DNA of 63,755 nucleotides from Candidatus Komeilibacteria bacterium (GCA_026396575.1 JAPLWM010000016.1:1-63755), one strand, 5' to 3'; shown: positions 49,301-58,000, numbered from the stretch's first letter. The notes: generated by a model from the sequence alone, not told the origin. Translations and numbers: made by a program.

Positions 49301-50619
49301 TAAAACCGTTTGTAGAGATAATCGGACAAAGTAAAGACAGCACGACAATTTTAGGTATCAATAAATCAGCTTTAGTTGCAGGAGTAAATGCCACAACAAC
49401 AGCAAGTGTTAAGGTTTCTAATCTTAAACTTTCCTTGGCCGGTGATATAACAGGTCAGGCAGTTGTATCAGCATCGTCAACTGATTTAACCTTGGAAGAT
49501 GTTAATCTTACTTGGTCAGGCAGTGAAGGCATTAATGGTACGGCGGTTGAGGTTAATGGCAACAGCAATATTACGATTAATCGGTTAAATATCAGCAATA
49601 TTGCTTATGGTATTGTAGCGACGCATAATTATGCGTCGCTACAGAATGGTTTAACTTTTGTTTCCACCTCTACCGTGGCCGTTTCCTATTCCACTATATC
49701 ATCATCTATCGCCGATATTAAAACGATTTGTATTAATACTACTACCAACCAGGATTGTGGCGCAGATGTACCGACGCATAATTATGCGTCGCCCAACATT
49801 ATTTCTTCCTATAACACCTTATCGGGAACAGGCACCAATTTTGAAGTAGCCAAGGGCACAATAATTTCTTCCGCCCACGATACCTACCTTAAATACACCG
49901 GTGAAGGCGAATTCCGGCAGAATGATTATTTTCGCAATAACAATAATCCAACGGCTTCATTATTCAACATTCAAAACGCCGGCTTTAATTTATTCAACGT
50001 TTCCGCTTCCGGCACCGTGGCCATTAATCCGCAGAATACAACAGGGGATAGCGTGGTTATCAGTTCGCCCACTGCTTCTTCTACTTTGACCGTGGTAAAT
50101 ACCGGCGCCGGCACGGCATTAAAGGTGGTTGGCAACGTGATTTTGACATCCGCCACCAGCGGTATTCCCGTGGTTTTATCGTCAGCCGGCGCCGAACTTA
50201 ACGTTGGCGCCCCCGGCGACACCATTAACCTTAATCTGGAAGGCGTGGTTTATAATTTCAAAGAAAACGTTAGAAAAGATACCATGTCGGCTTATTTATC
50301 CGCTCCTGTTTCCGGCGATCATATTTGGGGATCCTCTGCCAACGCCTGGTCGCCTTCGGAAAACATTACCGTGCTGGGCGTGAAGGTTCAATATTCCTGC
50401 GCCGACGGCGGCGTGTTGCAAATGGTTTTGAAAGATAAGAATGGCAATGTAATCGCCAATTTGGACGGATATTCCTGCGGCGGATTCTATAAGATTGAAC
50501 AGAATGATTTGCAATACCATTTAACGCCTGATGATGGCATGTATGTTGATGTTGTTTCCTCAACCGAGGGCGTAACCAATGTAACCGTGACGATTGAATT
50601 TGTGTATGATAATAGATAA
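40201..50619 (+). CDS. 3' part of giant surface protein: 7 LVIVD repeats, NTAxG repeats, LamG, DVAENY-type domain, two pectin-lyase-like modules
   Basis: Continuous ORF; true frame begins near 40268 (RIQQSSTG); joined gene would be 4,674 aa. Confidence 0.85.
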   Translation: MAFIMAVMPNCTPLPRKPPCGFRIQQSSTGNILELYSSSTLALSVKNTGQTILSALPKISAPALLIQPYNTSSFSQTTSTMALVNAASGFTGDLLSLQVNGSTKFRIDYQGNASYYSTSVYGGDIIPGLDNTYDIGSLANTKRWRDVSLYRDLNIGAVNTADKLVRLSSTSIAVYNTDLTIQTNNSKNLLLNPSGNKVGIGSSTPAATLAIQSQPGQTYDLFRIGTSSNLILATTTDASFFKVSAGGNTTIAGKAINPTWVGQLSTSSLDFTRGVYVVGNYAYMTAHDRDALVIVDVSNPTSPTFISELRPDGANGKLDGARTIVVQGKYAYITSQDRDALSVVDISNPYNPVFVSELRPNGANGLLDGIYDIFVSGNYAYVANVSRDSLAIIDISNPYNPVFVSEVKNPNGNNELDGAAGVFVSGRYAYVTGYSRDSFVIIDVANPASPRFVSELHPSAVAFGPLDAVRGLFVRGKYAYVVSEQRNALTIIDISNPTSPTIVSEERGPRPGSGTGDYSLGGGSGIVVSGNYAYIALERGSFAVIDISNPLDPVFIAEVKNPGGNNELAGAFGLFVAGNYAYTANDGNDSLSIIDISGLTVNNAEIGTLKVGNMVVDSMAQFNSGMQIQGGLNVGKGAMFGGPVAINVSTSTSVGISALTVTATSSTDLIAFGQQGTGKILGLYDGVASSTIDKNLAFGVYNGGYAKLYATSTQTALRIHKGASNYLTVSNSGLVGIGTTTPKSVLSVSTLAQVSGNTKLFTVASTTGASLLTVLANGNVGISTSTPSYKLAVQGTSNSVGAIGADQVTNGLFSTDPSANWTYSGTWSWSSSRMNYTGTTGGVAAVTIDNGGTGYAVGNTLTITGGGGNAVLTVSTVSSGVITAVTIASAGTGYAVGAGKTVTGGAGSGATFSISRLSDSANTLSQNVSVIASSTYEVVYTVDYRTAGEVNVTLGGVSGHRISTLYNIVSQIITTNDTGNLIFTPTADFSGRIDTVSVKLLTKSTAIASFANSNGTTGIEVRSGGSNFYNTFIGVNAGISTYNPSSVYGFYNSAFGSQALMGNTTGTYNSAFGSQALMGNTTGEANTAIGADTLQFNTIGKTNIAVGAATLKYNTTGSNNTAVGYGTLFYNTTGLNNTTFGYGAGYIQTTASNNIYLGYQAGDNITTGSNNIVIGYDINAPSATASNQLNIGNLIFGTGIDGTGNILSTGKIGIGTTTPAAKFAASSTSNIVAMFDQRGTSDILRLNDAGTTVFKVQDGGYVGVGTNTPKSVLSVSTLAQASGNTKLFTVASTTGASLFQVLGNGNTSINGNTVITGNATTTGKYYVGGDFKTNANATTTGSYYIGNSLTVAGASLFSNPATFNSTINGQTISSAANFTGSLTTAGNINTTGGVIQTNSVTRIDNSGNLTNIGTITSGLINGQTITSAANFTGSLNVAGNTTLQGTLAVTGNQTFAGNFSVGGRATITAATGNIQTRGNIYATGTLAIDGQSIFRDKIGIGTTSPKSMLSVSTLAQQASNYKLFTVASTTGASLFQVQGSGLVGIGTTTPVANLTVAGSVSGRSFNGNTAASWGGPWFATGTKDLLAWYPLGKRDSQNGKMSDISGNEHHGTITAGSSAGFVADWSGRMESAYDFDGADTKIDTGSDWIGTQAVTISAWIYADGWGESDNGMILFNNKLFIGVKLTTDEGYVENIWASNNNASIIHSASYSITLGNWYHVVVTRNSAGTGNIYINGVQSGEANHNFGTPEAGTTNVIIGNSTGQTVTFDGRISDLRVYNRVLSAGEVAGLYNGSESTYATRVGIGTTTPQSVLSVTTALQQAASTKLFTVASTTGATLFQVLGNGQTIVGSGGAAGSNKLTVNGNSVFIGNVGIGTTTPAAKLSLASPGSLASVFQVDVPSTYTGNLIDLKIASSSRLVFKESSSGLGRLGVGTSTPSARVSISATAQTSLPLLRVASTTNATLLTVESTGKVGIGLSNPSAYLHVQGTNEQLRLSYNSTAYWSNTVNASGTATLFATGRDPGFNFQVRDTTALTVNDVQITSNVPLQIAQSGDVGVAGDILMSNGTASYITGENPLTIRTYNPSASVDLTLTAANNGVVVIDDALEIYGTTTIALTQTSANAVNIKDHWGTNIFNINNLTTSSLRTFTFGPNNGAVATATGIQIGYGGICVDNDGNCQASTTGRVTARSFGTAGSDVAENYPSVEHLAAGDLVMADPNNPGYIIKTTGEYDNNVIGVISETPGIIMGSEVIGYPVALVGRIPTKVSNVNGEIKPGDLLTVAPIAGYAMKFNEGDTSKIIGTALDSFNGAGASTDGLISMFVNPDYKSVNNPQTFGLITDGQIATNAAISDIKLATISTKGKIMVSALPVEIALLQGDTQTFTGNYIFGKDANTADLVVLNAKLGSDIKFAADNFYNIGSAAASAANIYTKQLNSSKIVVAADMANMQNMNLDDYGLYLAASSGNALFGDNAIVGARRGAPVQVALPEYPDFVMNGGDLLVNDDLGVRGDLYVVGDIRVAGAIEFAKEGIAQMMNLTGEYLISGNIVVVNASGTSQGKVAALANSSEIIGVIGTNSAAIFGQNNHENNLPVIVSGMAIVNVSAENGSIKRGDKLTTADSAGYAQLATRPGAGVLGIAAEDLSEGQGKIKVLVDLGTYFAPLAKVITVGSSGSDYKTITKALNSINDNSNENRYLIKVAPGVYNEQIILKDYVDVVGEGSGLVTVKSDKSPVVIASANARLEGATISSNNSSSEPMIVSINNDNKEIILKDLKLDAATDNPAVGVSITGNSGKIMLSELTFNSNFTQGIVNLGAADVSVMNSDLSSIIGTALSAQNGRVLTYNNNFNGVLGDINVAQGARVESTGDQYAKVSNAGVFLDKTNRGKVDSDYIDYGWLAEQSAGLQINISAGQGYVNGVKVNTAAVGNLAVNASSTNYIFMTDEGNVLATTTPNPLFNLPLDKGEKERGSVIIATVQTSISAITSISNERANEITVAKQGGKFRTITDALNSITSASEHNRWTIRVGSGVYNEQIVLKPFVEIIGQSKDSTTILGINKSALVAGVNATTTASVKVSNLKLSLAGDITGQAVVSASSTDLTLEDVNLTWSGSEGINGTAVEVNGNSNITINRLNISNIAYGIVATHNYASLQNGLTFVSTSTVAVSYSTISSSIADIKTICINTTTNQDCGADVPTHNYASPNIISSYNTLSGTGTNFEVAKGTIISSAHDTYLKYTGEGEFRQNDYFRNNNNPTASLFNIQNAGFNLFNVSASGTVAINPQNTTGDSVVISSPTASSTLTVVNTGAGTALKVVGNVILTSATSGIPVVLSSAGAELNVGAPGDTINLNLEGVVYNFKENVRKDTMSAYLSAPVSGDHIWGSSANAWSPSENITVLGVKVQYSCADGGVLQMVLKDKNGNVIANLDGYSCGGFYKIEQNDLQYHLTPDDGMYVDVVSSTEGVTNVTVTIEFVYDNR
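43350..43448 (+). repeat. Intragenic tandem repeat, period 51 nt (YNSAFGSQALMGNTTGx)
   Basis: 48 identical nt in both copies. Confidence 0.9.
49045..49099 (+). repeat. C/G-run hairpin REP translated in-frame in the giant gene
   Basis: Encodes TPNPLFNLPLDKGEKERGS. Confidence 0.75.
49615..49642. repeat. 28-bp perfect GTAG palindrome in-frame in the giant gene
   Basis: gtagcgacgcataattatgcgtcgctac encodes VATHNYASL. Confidence 0.9.
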
Positions 50620-50634
50620 CATATCCCTTTCCAT

Positions 50635-50838
50635 ACCCCCTCCCAGCCTCCCCCTTTATATACCCCCTCTTAATCTCCCCCTAAGATAGGGGGAGAAAGT
50701 ATAGGAAGTAGGGGGAGAAAGTATAGGAAGTAGGGGGAGAAAGTATAGGAAGTAGGGGGAGGAGGCGCATCTTTTCCCCTCCTAGATTAGGAGGGGTTAG
50801 GGGAGGTAGTGTCGGGAGTAGAGGGGGCAGGGGGAGGT
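50635..50838 (+). repeat. Composite C/G-run REP containing three tandem 22-nt units
   Basis: tagggggagaaagtataggaag at 50687, 50709, 50731; direct sibling at 51450-51579. Confidence 0.85.
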
Positions 50839-50860
50839 AAAAATAACAAAGTAAATAATT

Positions 50861-51370
50861 ATGAACAACAATTTTGCCTACATAGACGGAAATAATCTTT
50901 ACAGGGGAGTTAATAATTCCGGCTGGAATATTGATTTTATAAGGTTTAGAAAATGGCTTTTAGATAAATATCAGGTTTCCAGGGCTTACTATTTTATCGG
51001 CTTAATTCCCAAAGAAAAGGATTTATATACCGCTTTGCAGGAAGCAGGGTTTACCTTGATTTTTAAAGAAGTTGTTTATAATTCTCAAGGTCAGGCCAAA
51101 GGGAATTGCGATGCTGATTTGGTTTTACAGGCGGTAAGCGATGCTTATGAAAATTTATGCGATCAAGATATTATTGTAACCAGCGACGGCGATTATGCCG
51201 GTTTGGTAAAATTTTTGCAGGCCAAGGATAAATTAAGGATTATTTTATCGCCCGGTATCCAGGAAAAATGTTCAATTTTATTAAAAAGAACCAATGCCCC
51301 GATTACGTATTTAAATGATATAAAAGATAAAATTTCCTTAAATTGGATAAATAGAAAAAGCCCCCATTAA
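50861..51370 (+). CDS. NYN domain protein (PIN-like putative RNase)
   Basis: AYIDGNNL, KGNCDADLV, VTSDGDYAGLV. Confidence 0.92.
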   Translation: MNNNFAYIDGNNLYRGVNNSGWNIDFIRFRKWLLDKYQVSRAYYFIGLIPKEKDLYTALQEAGFTLIFKEVVYNSQGQAKGNCDADLVLQAVSDAYENLCDQDIIVTSDGDYAGLVKFLQAKDKLRIILSPGIQEKCSILLKRTNAPITYLNDIKDKISLNWINRKSPH

Positions 51371-51404
51371 GGACGAACCTTAATAGGGTCTTTTTCGTAG
51401 TGAT
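51354..51404 (-). ncRNA. Predicted ~50-nt small RNA antisense to the NYN 3' end
   Basis: Perfect TTGACA-16-TATAAT upstream; long hairpin plus U5 downstream. Confidence 0.55.
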
Positions 51405-51410
51405 ATTCGT

Positions 51411-51438
51411 ATTATAGCAAATTAAAAAACTGTGTCAA
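51411..51438 (-). promoter_or_regulatory. Consensus sigma70 promoter pointing into the NYN 3' end
   Basis: TTGACA (51438-51433), 16 nt, TATAAT (51416-51411). Confidence 0.75.
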
Positions 51439-51449
51439 TAGGGCGATTT

Positions 51450-51579
51450 ACCCCCTCCCAGCCTCCCCCTTTATATACCCCCTCTTAATCTCCCCCTAAG
51501 ATAGGGGGAGAAAGTATAGGAAGTAGGGGGAGGAGTCGCATTTTCCCCCTCCTAGATTAGGAGGGGTTAGGGGAGGTAG
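51450..51579 (+). repeat. Composite C/G-run REP
   Basis: Direct sibling of 50635-50838 with a single 22-nt unit. Confidence 0.85.
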
Positions 51580-51687
51580 AAAAACTATGAAACAGCAATT
51601 AAATAAATATCTACGCGTATATCTCATCATCACGGTAATAATTACCAACGCTTTTATAAACGTTAATTTTGTGATTGCCGCCGGCAC

Positions 51688-51828
51688 GCAAACCAATTCT
51701 TTGGATAAAGGCCTGATTGCTCATTTCCCCTTAAACCGCGCCGCCAAGCAAAGTTCCACCAAATTTGCCGATACTTCGCCTTATGCCAGAATCGGAACTA
51801 TTACAGCAGGCGCATCAGCCGGGCTTTC
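51688..51828 (+). repeat. 141-bp exact direct repeat, second copy at 52359-52499
   Basis: Base-by-base identical; both copies end at a frameshift. Confidence 0.95.
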
Positions 51829-53594
51829 CAAAAGGGCCTGGCCGGCGGAGCTTATGATTTTGACGGAGCCAATACCAAAATTGTTACTAACTGGACTTCA
51901 AATTCAGAATTTCAAAATGGCTTTACTATCTCTGTTTGGATTAAATCCGATAGTTTGGGTGAAAACGAACAGGGAAGAATTGTTGATAAAAGTGACAGTA
52001 GTTTCGCAGTAAATGGGTTTGCGCTTGTGACTATAGTGGCTGGGGGTCAAAATTCGGTTCTATTTAACATAAAAAATACAGGAGATATCTATGCCCCAAT
52101 TACTTTAGGCGCCTGGCAACACGTTTTAGTAACGGTAAATTCTGCTGCGTATGCTTCAATGTATATTAATGGCGTATTTAAAGATGGTAAAACCCAAGCA
52201 GCATTATCAGGCATTACCACTGCTAATCCTTTAATTATCGGCAATCTTTTTAGTGATGGAAGGGGTTATGACGGCCGTATTTCCGATTTAAGAGTTTACA
52301 ACCGTGCCTTATCCGCTACCGAAGTTAAAAATCTTTACAAATCCTACGACCCTGTGGTGCAAACCAATTCTTTGGATAAAGGCCTGATTGCTCATTTCCC
52401 CTTAAACCGCGCCGCCAAGCAAAGTTCCACCAAATTTGCCGATACTTCGCCTTATGCCAGAATCGGAACTATTACAGCAGGCGCATCAGCCGGGCTTTCG
52501 GCGGAGCTTATGATTTTGACGGAGCCAATACCAAAATAGATACTGGTTCGGATTGGATAGGCACGCAGGCAGTTACTATTTCAGCTTGGATTTATGCTGA
52601 TGGCTGGGGGGAAGTAGGAAATGGTCTTGGAACAATAATTGATAATGGTAATCTAATATTGTTTCTGTATTCGGGAGGAGTTAATGAGTTGATATTTTAT
52701 TCAAATGGTGTTACTTATGGTGGATCTGGCGTTAATTCAATTAAATTAAATACTTGGTATCACGTAGTTGTAACCAGAAATAATGATAATGATGCTCATT
52801 GTAATTTTTATATCAATGGTGTTTTATCAGGAACTGCAAATCAACATTCTGCAACTGCTGGACCTGTTGCTGGCACAACTAATGTAATTATTGGCAATAG
52901 AAATGCTCAAGATAGAACTTTTGACGGCAAGATTTCCGATTTAAGAGTTTACAACAGGGTTTTAAGCGCGGGTGAAGTTAAAAATCTTTACAAATCCTAT
53001 GATGCCGGCATCACCACTAAATGCAGCGGACTGGTTGATGCCAGAGATGGAAAAGTTTATAAAACAATCCAAATCGGCAATCAGTGCTGGATGGCGCAAA
53101 ACTTAAATATCGGCACGCAAGTAAACAGCCCGGCCGCCGCTTCCGTAACTGCCGCCTGCACCGGCCATATCGGTGAAACATTAAGCATAGACGGCACCAG
53201 CTGTTACTGCGAAACAGCGGATTACGCTTCCTGCCAGTTAAACGGCGTAAACGGAACAATCCAAAAGTATTGCTACAATAATACAGCTTCCATGTGCGCG
53301 GCCGAAGGCGGATTGTACGAATGGCAGCAAACAATGAACTTGGCTTCTTCCTGCGCCCATTCCAGCTGTACTCCTGCCTCGGGCAATAAAGGCATTTGCC
53401 CATCCGGCTGGCACATTCCAACAGATGCGGAATTTAAAATTTTGGAAATAAATCAAAGTATGTCTCAAGCCCAGGCAGATGCCGCAGATTGGCGAGGCAC
53501 CACCCAAGGCGATAAATTAAGAGGCTCCGGTTTGTGCCAAGGCAGAACGCCTTGCGGAACGAGCGGCTTTAATGCCTTGTTAGCCGGCTATCGC

Positions 53595-53765
53595 AATGTT
53601 ACCGGTGCGTTTAATGGCCGTGCTTCCTACGCCAGCTTCTGGTCTTCCTTGCAGGATGAGGCTTTGTATACTTGGTCCCGGCTCTTGTACGTCAATTATT
53701 CTACCGTCTTTAGGGATACATTTAGTAAGAACTTCGGCTTCTCTGTAAGGTGTTTAAAGGATTGA
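53595..53765 (+). other. DGR variable region VR1 (putative)
   Basis: FWSS..Q....W.R.L......V.R....K..GFSVRCLKD scaffold; colinear 171 nt with VR2. Confidence 0.75.
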
Positions 53766-53786
53766 TTTGTCTATTTTTCTATTTTT

Positions 53787-53820
53787 CCCCTCCTAGATTA
53801 GGAGGGGTTAGGGGAGGTAG
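53787..53820 (+). repeat. C/G-run hairpin REP 21 nt downstream of VR1
   Basis: cccctccta-gat-taggagggg 9-bp stem. Confidence 0.85.
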
Positions 53821-53902
53821 AGTAGAATATCAACAATTGACTTAAATTTTTGTTAAGTATAAAATAAGGAGTGTATTCCAAAAAATTACTATTATTAAAA
53901 TT

Positions 53903-55024
53903 ATGGCTAATATAAAGCGTTATTTGGAGGAAAAAATTTCACAAAACCTTCAAGAAAATAAAATTTTGATTATTTATGGCCCTAGGCAAGTTGGTAAAAC
54001 GACCTTGATTAAAGGTTTTTTGGAACGTTTTCCTAATAGCGTTTATATCAATGGGGATTTTATTGACGATCGCGAAAAATTGGCCAGTCCTTCGCGGGAG
54101 ATGGTTAGTCAGTTTGCCGGTTATGATTTGCTGGTGATTGACGAGGCCCAGCGGATTGCCGATATCGGCCTTAAGCTTAAAGTTATTTTTGACGCTCTTC
54201 CTAAGCTTAAAATTATCGCCACGGGTTCATCGGCCTTTGAACTTGCCAATACCGTTAACGAGCCCTTAACCGGCAGGTATTTTTCTTATAACATGTATCC
54301 TATTTCATTCGGCGAAGCCGAGGCCGGCCGTTTGTTTGAATTGAACAAATTTTTAGTGTATGGTTCTTATCCCGAAACGGTAACGGCCAAAAATGATGAA
54401 ACGCGGCTAAAGATTATTCAAAATATCGCCGCTAATTACCTGTTCAAGGATGTTTTAAACATTGAATATATTAAAAATCCCCGTTCACTGGAACTATTGC
54501 TTAAGGCCTTAGCTTTGCAGCTGGGCGGTGAAGTGTCCAAGAATGAATTGGCGGCCGTGATAGGCATAGACAGCAAGACCGTGGCCGGCTATTTGGATAT
54601 TCTGGAAAAACTATACATTATTTTTCCCTTAAAGCCGTATTTTAGCAACAAGAGAAAATCCATTATCAAGCAGAAAAAATATTATTTTTACGATCTGGGC
54701 ATCCGCAACGCCATCTTGAATGATTTTACTCCCATAGAAAAACGGCAGGATTTTGGCCAGCTTTGGGAAAACTTTTGCGTGGCGGAGCGAATTAAGCGCC
54801 ATGAGGCATTAGGGTCTTTTGCCGGCCTTTATTTCTGGCGTTCGTATAAAGGCGAGGAGATTGATTTGGTGGAAGTTGTAAACGGAGCAGTGGACGGTTT
54901 TGAATTTAAATGGCAAGATCGCGGCCTGCCTAAAAGAATTAAGGATATTTACACTAAGGATTTAAAAGGCCGTGAAGAATTGCGCGTGGTTTCTCCGCAA
55001 AGTTTTTCCAAATTTATGAAATAA
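53903..55024 (+). CDS. AAA+ ATPase with DUF4143 domain (AAA_14 family)
   Basis: GPRQVGKTT, VIDEAQ, ATGSS, YFYDLGIRN, GQLWEN, EIDLV...FEFK. Confidence 0.92.
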   Translation: MANIKRYLEEKISQNLQENKILIIYGPRQVGKTTLIKGFLERFPNSVYINGDFIDDREKLASPSREMVSQFAGYDLLVIDEAQRIADIGLKLKVIFDALPKLKIIATGSSAFELANTVNEPLTGRYFSYNMYPISFGEAEAGRLFELNKFLVYGSYPETVTAKNDETRLKIIQNIAANYLFKDVLNIEYIKNPRSLELLLKALALQLGGEVSKNELAAVIGIDSKTVAGYLDILEKLYIIFPLKPYFSNKRKSIIKQKKYYFYDLGIRNAILNDFTPIEKRQDFGQLWENFCVAERIKRHEALGSFAGLYFWRSYKGEEIDLVEVVNGAVDGFEFKWQDRGLPKRIKDIYTKDLKGREELRVVSPQSFSKFMK

Positions 55025-55098
55025 AAATTTATTTTTACGCTATAATTCCGTTATATGTTAAAAAACACATCTTTTGGAAATAAAATACGAAATAATTT

Positions 55099-58000
55099 AT
55101 GCCGAATATAATCAATTTAAAAAAATCGAATAATCGCAAATCCGCGGGCGGCGCGGGCGCTGTTGGTGTTGCCAAAAATGTGGGTGATACCAATGTAGGG
55201 GCACAACATGTTGTGCCCCTACCGCCAAAACCGCCATTATTTATATCCGCATCGCGCCCGCGCCTTTTCCCCTCCTTTTTAAGGAGGGGGCAGGGGGTGG
55301 TCGTTTCCCCTCCTAGATTAGGAGGGGTTAGGGGAGGTAGAAACCGTTGGGTTATCGGCGCCGCCATTTTTGTTGCCCTGATTGTTTTAATTTCCTCATT
55401 CTTCATTTTTAAACACAATACGCAAACAACCCAAGCCGCGGCTTGGTTTAACGACGAATGGCATTATAGGCAGCAATTTGACGTATTCAACGCCTCTACT
55501 ACGGAAGATTTAATAGATTTCCAGGTGGAAATGTCTACCTCAACCTTGGCTTTGCGCACTGCCTGGTCTGCCGGCAAACTGCGCAATGATTTTAAGGATT
55601 TAAGGTTTACAGATTCAGCAGGTAATTTGCTTGATTATTGGTTTATAGATGCCACTTCAACCATGATGTCGGTTTACGTTAAAATGCCTAGCATGCCTAA
55701 AAACGCCACCAGCACCGTAATGATGTATTATGGAAATCCATCAGCTCCGGATAAGCGCGACGGCAACAAGGTTTTCCCTGATTTTTTTGATGATTTTTCC
55801 GATGGAACTTACGCTGCCGGCCCCAGGCCTTGGACAGTTTCTTCCGGTGCCTATTCCGTTGCCGGAACGGATAAATATTTGGTAAATGGCACTGCGGGCA
55901 GAATCAGCACTCCTTCAACTAAGGCCTATGGAACTTGGGAGTTTAATTGGTATAAAGGTGCGGATACAAATAATGAAATAGTTGGTTTTATAAGTGATAG
56001 GGTGGGTTGGGTAAATTCATTTCAAGGATATAGTGCATGTCTACAAGATGGAAATGGCAGATTTTACATATTGAAAAATAATATTGGTTCAAATAATAAT
56101 TTAATAGTAACTGGCGTTAACTATATCGCTATCTCTACTTGGTATAGATTTAAAATAACCAGAACAACCGCGGGTATATTTACAGCTTATATTAAAGGCG
56201 GTGTTTATGGAAATTCAACTTGGACAACTATTGGCACTGCCACAGACAATACTTACACCACTTCCGCGTATCTCTTTAATTACAGTAATGTTTTCAATGC
56301 CTCTGACCGCATAGACAACATCCTTTGGCGGAAATTTGCCACTACCGATCCCAGAGTAGTTGCCACTGCCGGCACATCCGAAGAAACCGGCGGCGGACCG
56401 GTTGGTTATTGGAGTTTTGATGAAGGTTTTGGCGCAACCGTTTACGACAGATCCGGCATGGGTAATCACGGCGCTTTAACCAATATGAGTACCACCGGCA
56501 CCAGCACCGCCTGGACAACCGGCAAAGTTAACAAGGCCTTGCAGTTTGACGGGGTAAATGATTATGTAAATGTCGGTAATGTTAATAAAACTGTTAATTC
56601 CGTTGGTTTTTGGTTAAATGCCAAAAATTTAACCAAGGATATTATAGATTTTGATGGCGGCACTCATTATATTACCGTTTCAGGCGGAACTTTAAGCGCC
56701 ACCGGTTTTACTTCGCCTACTATATATGTTAACGGCAAAGCGGGAACCAGAATTCAGGCAAATAATTGGCATTATATTACCGTAACAACCGCTACCGGTT
56801 TTACTTCAAATAATTTAAAATTTGGCTTAAAAACAAGTTATTTTCAAGGTTCTTTGGATGAAATAAAAATATATAATTATGTTTTAAATAATTCTCAAAT
56901 TAAAACAGAATACAACCGCGGCGTTTCGGCAAAATTAAGCATTTCGCCATCAAGCGAGCAGGATATTTATCAAGGTTTGGTTGGCTGGTGGAAAATGGAT
57001 GAAGCAACAACCACCTGGGACGGCGCGGGCGATAGGGTTAACGATTATTCCGGTATAGGCAACCACGGCACCGCATCAGGCGATGCCCATGCTACCATTA
57101 CTGCCAAATACGGCAATGCCGCCGAATTTGATGGAACTGATGATTATATTACCATTCCATCAGGCGCCACCTTAGCCGGTAAAACACAGATCACTGTTTC
57201 TGCATGGGTCTATGCCGATGATTTTGGCGTTACTAGCTGTATTTATTGCGAACAAACCTCAACGGCGGGCAATGATCGCCTGGGCTTGTATGTTAATACC
57301 AACGGCAAGGTTGTTTTAACTTACCGCGATTCCAGCAAAGATCCGGCCGGTACCGCTACTTCCTTAACCGGCAATGCCACCCTTTCGGCCGCTACTTGGT
57401 ATTATATAACAGGAGTTTATGATGCCGATACGGATAAACAAATTATCTACATTAACGGCACGGAAGATAAAAAAGCCACTGTTTTAATATCCGGTTTTGG
57501 CTCTTCGGTTGCCAATGCCATTAGAATAGGTGATCTTAATGGTGATAATGAATGGGACGGTTATCTTGATGACGTAAAAATTTACGGCATTGCCCGCCCG
57601 CCGGATCAAATAATGGCTGATTACCTCCAAGGCCCGGGCCCTATTGCTTCTTATAATTTTGAAGAAAAATCAGGGCTTACGGTTAATGATATTTCAGGGT
57701 TTGGGCATACGGGCACTATTACCAAAGGCGCTTCAAAAGGTTTTGTTAAAGGCCGGGTAGGCAGGGCTTATGATTTTGACGGCGCCAATACTAAAATTGA
57801 TACGGGCAGTGATTGGATTGGCACAGGAAATATCACTATTTCCGCTTGGGTTTATGCGAGAAGTTATGGGGAAAATACCCTTAATACCCTTGGAACAATT
57901 ATTAGTAATGGGAGTATGCATTTATTACTTAATGGCTCGACATACTATGTTCCCAACAATAATACTATCATATTCTTTAACAGCAGTGGATATGCAAACG

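Larger units (their letters stand above)
51587..53765 (+). pseudogene. Signal peptide, two LamG domains and Fib_succ_major domain (DGR target 1), split by frameshifts near 51828 and 52499 (possibly assembly errors)
   Basis: Three ORFs (51587, 51955, 52659) join into one LamG-LamG-lectin-fold protein; DARDGKVYKTIQIGNQCWMAQNLN...CPSGWHIPT...GFSVRCLKD. Confidence 0.85.

Noticed and set aside
50687-50762. Possible CRISPR array (22-nt units)
   Set aside because: Units are head-to-tail with no spacers.
51496-51696. Minus-strand ORF 51496-51696, and likewise 55035-55418
   Set aside because: Antisense to real genes; their PPLTPPNLGG content derives from the REP.
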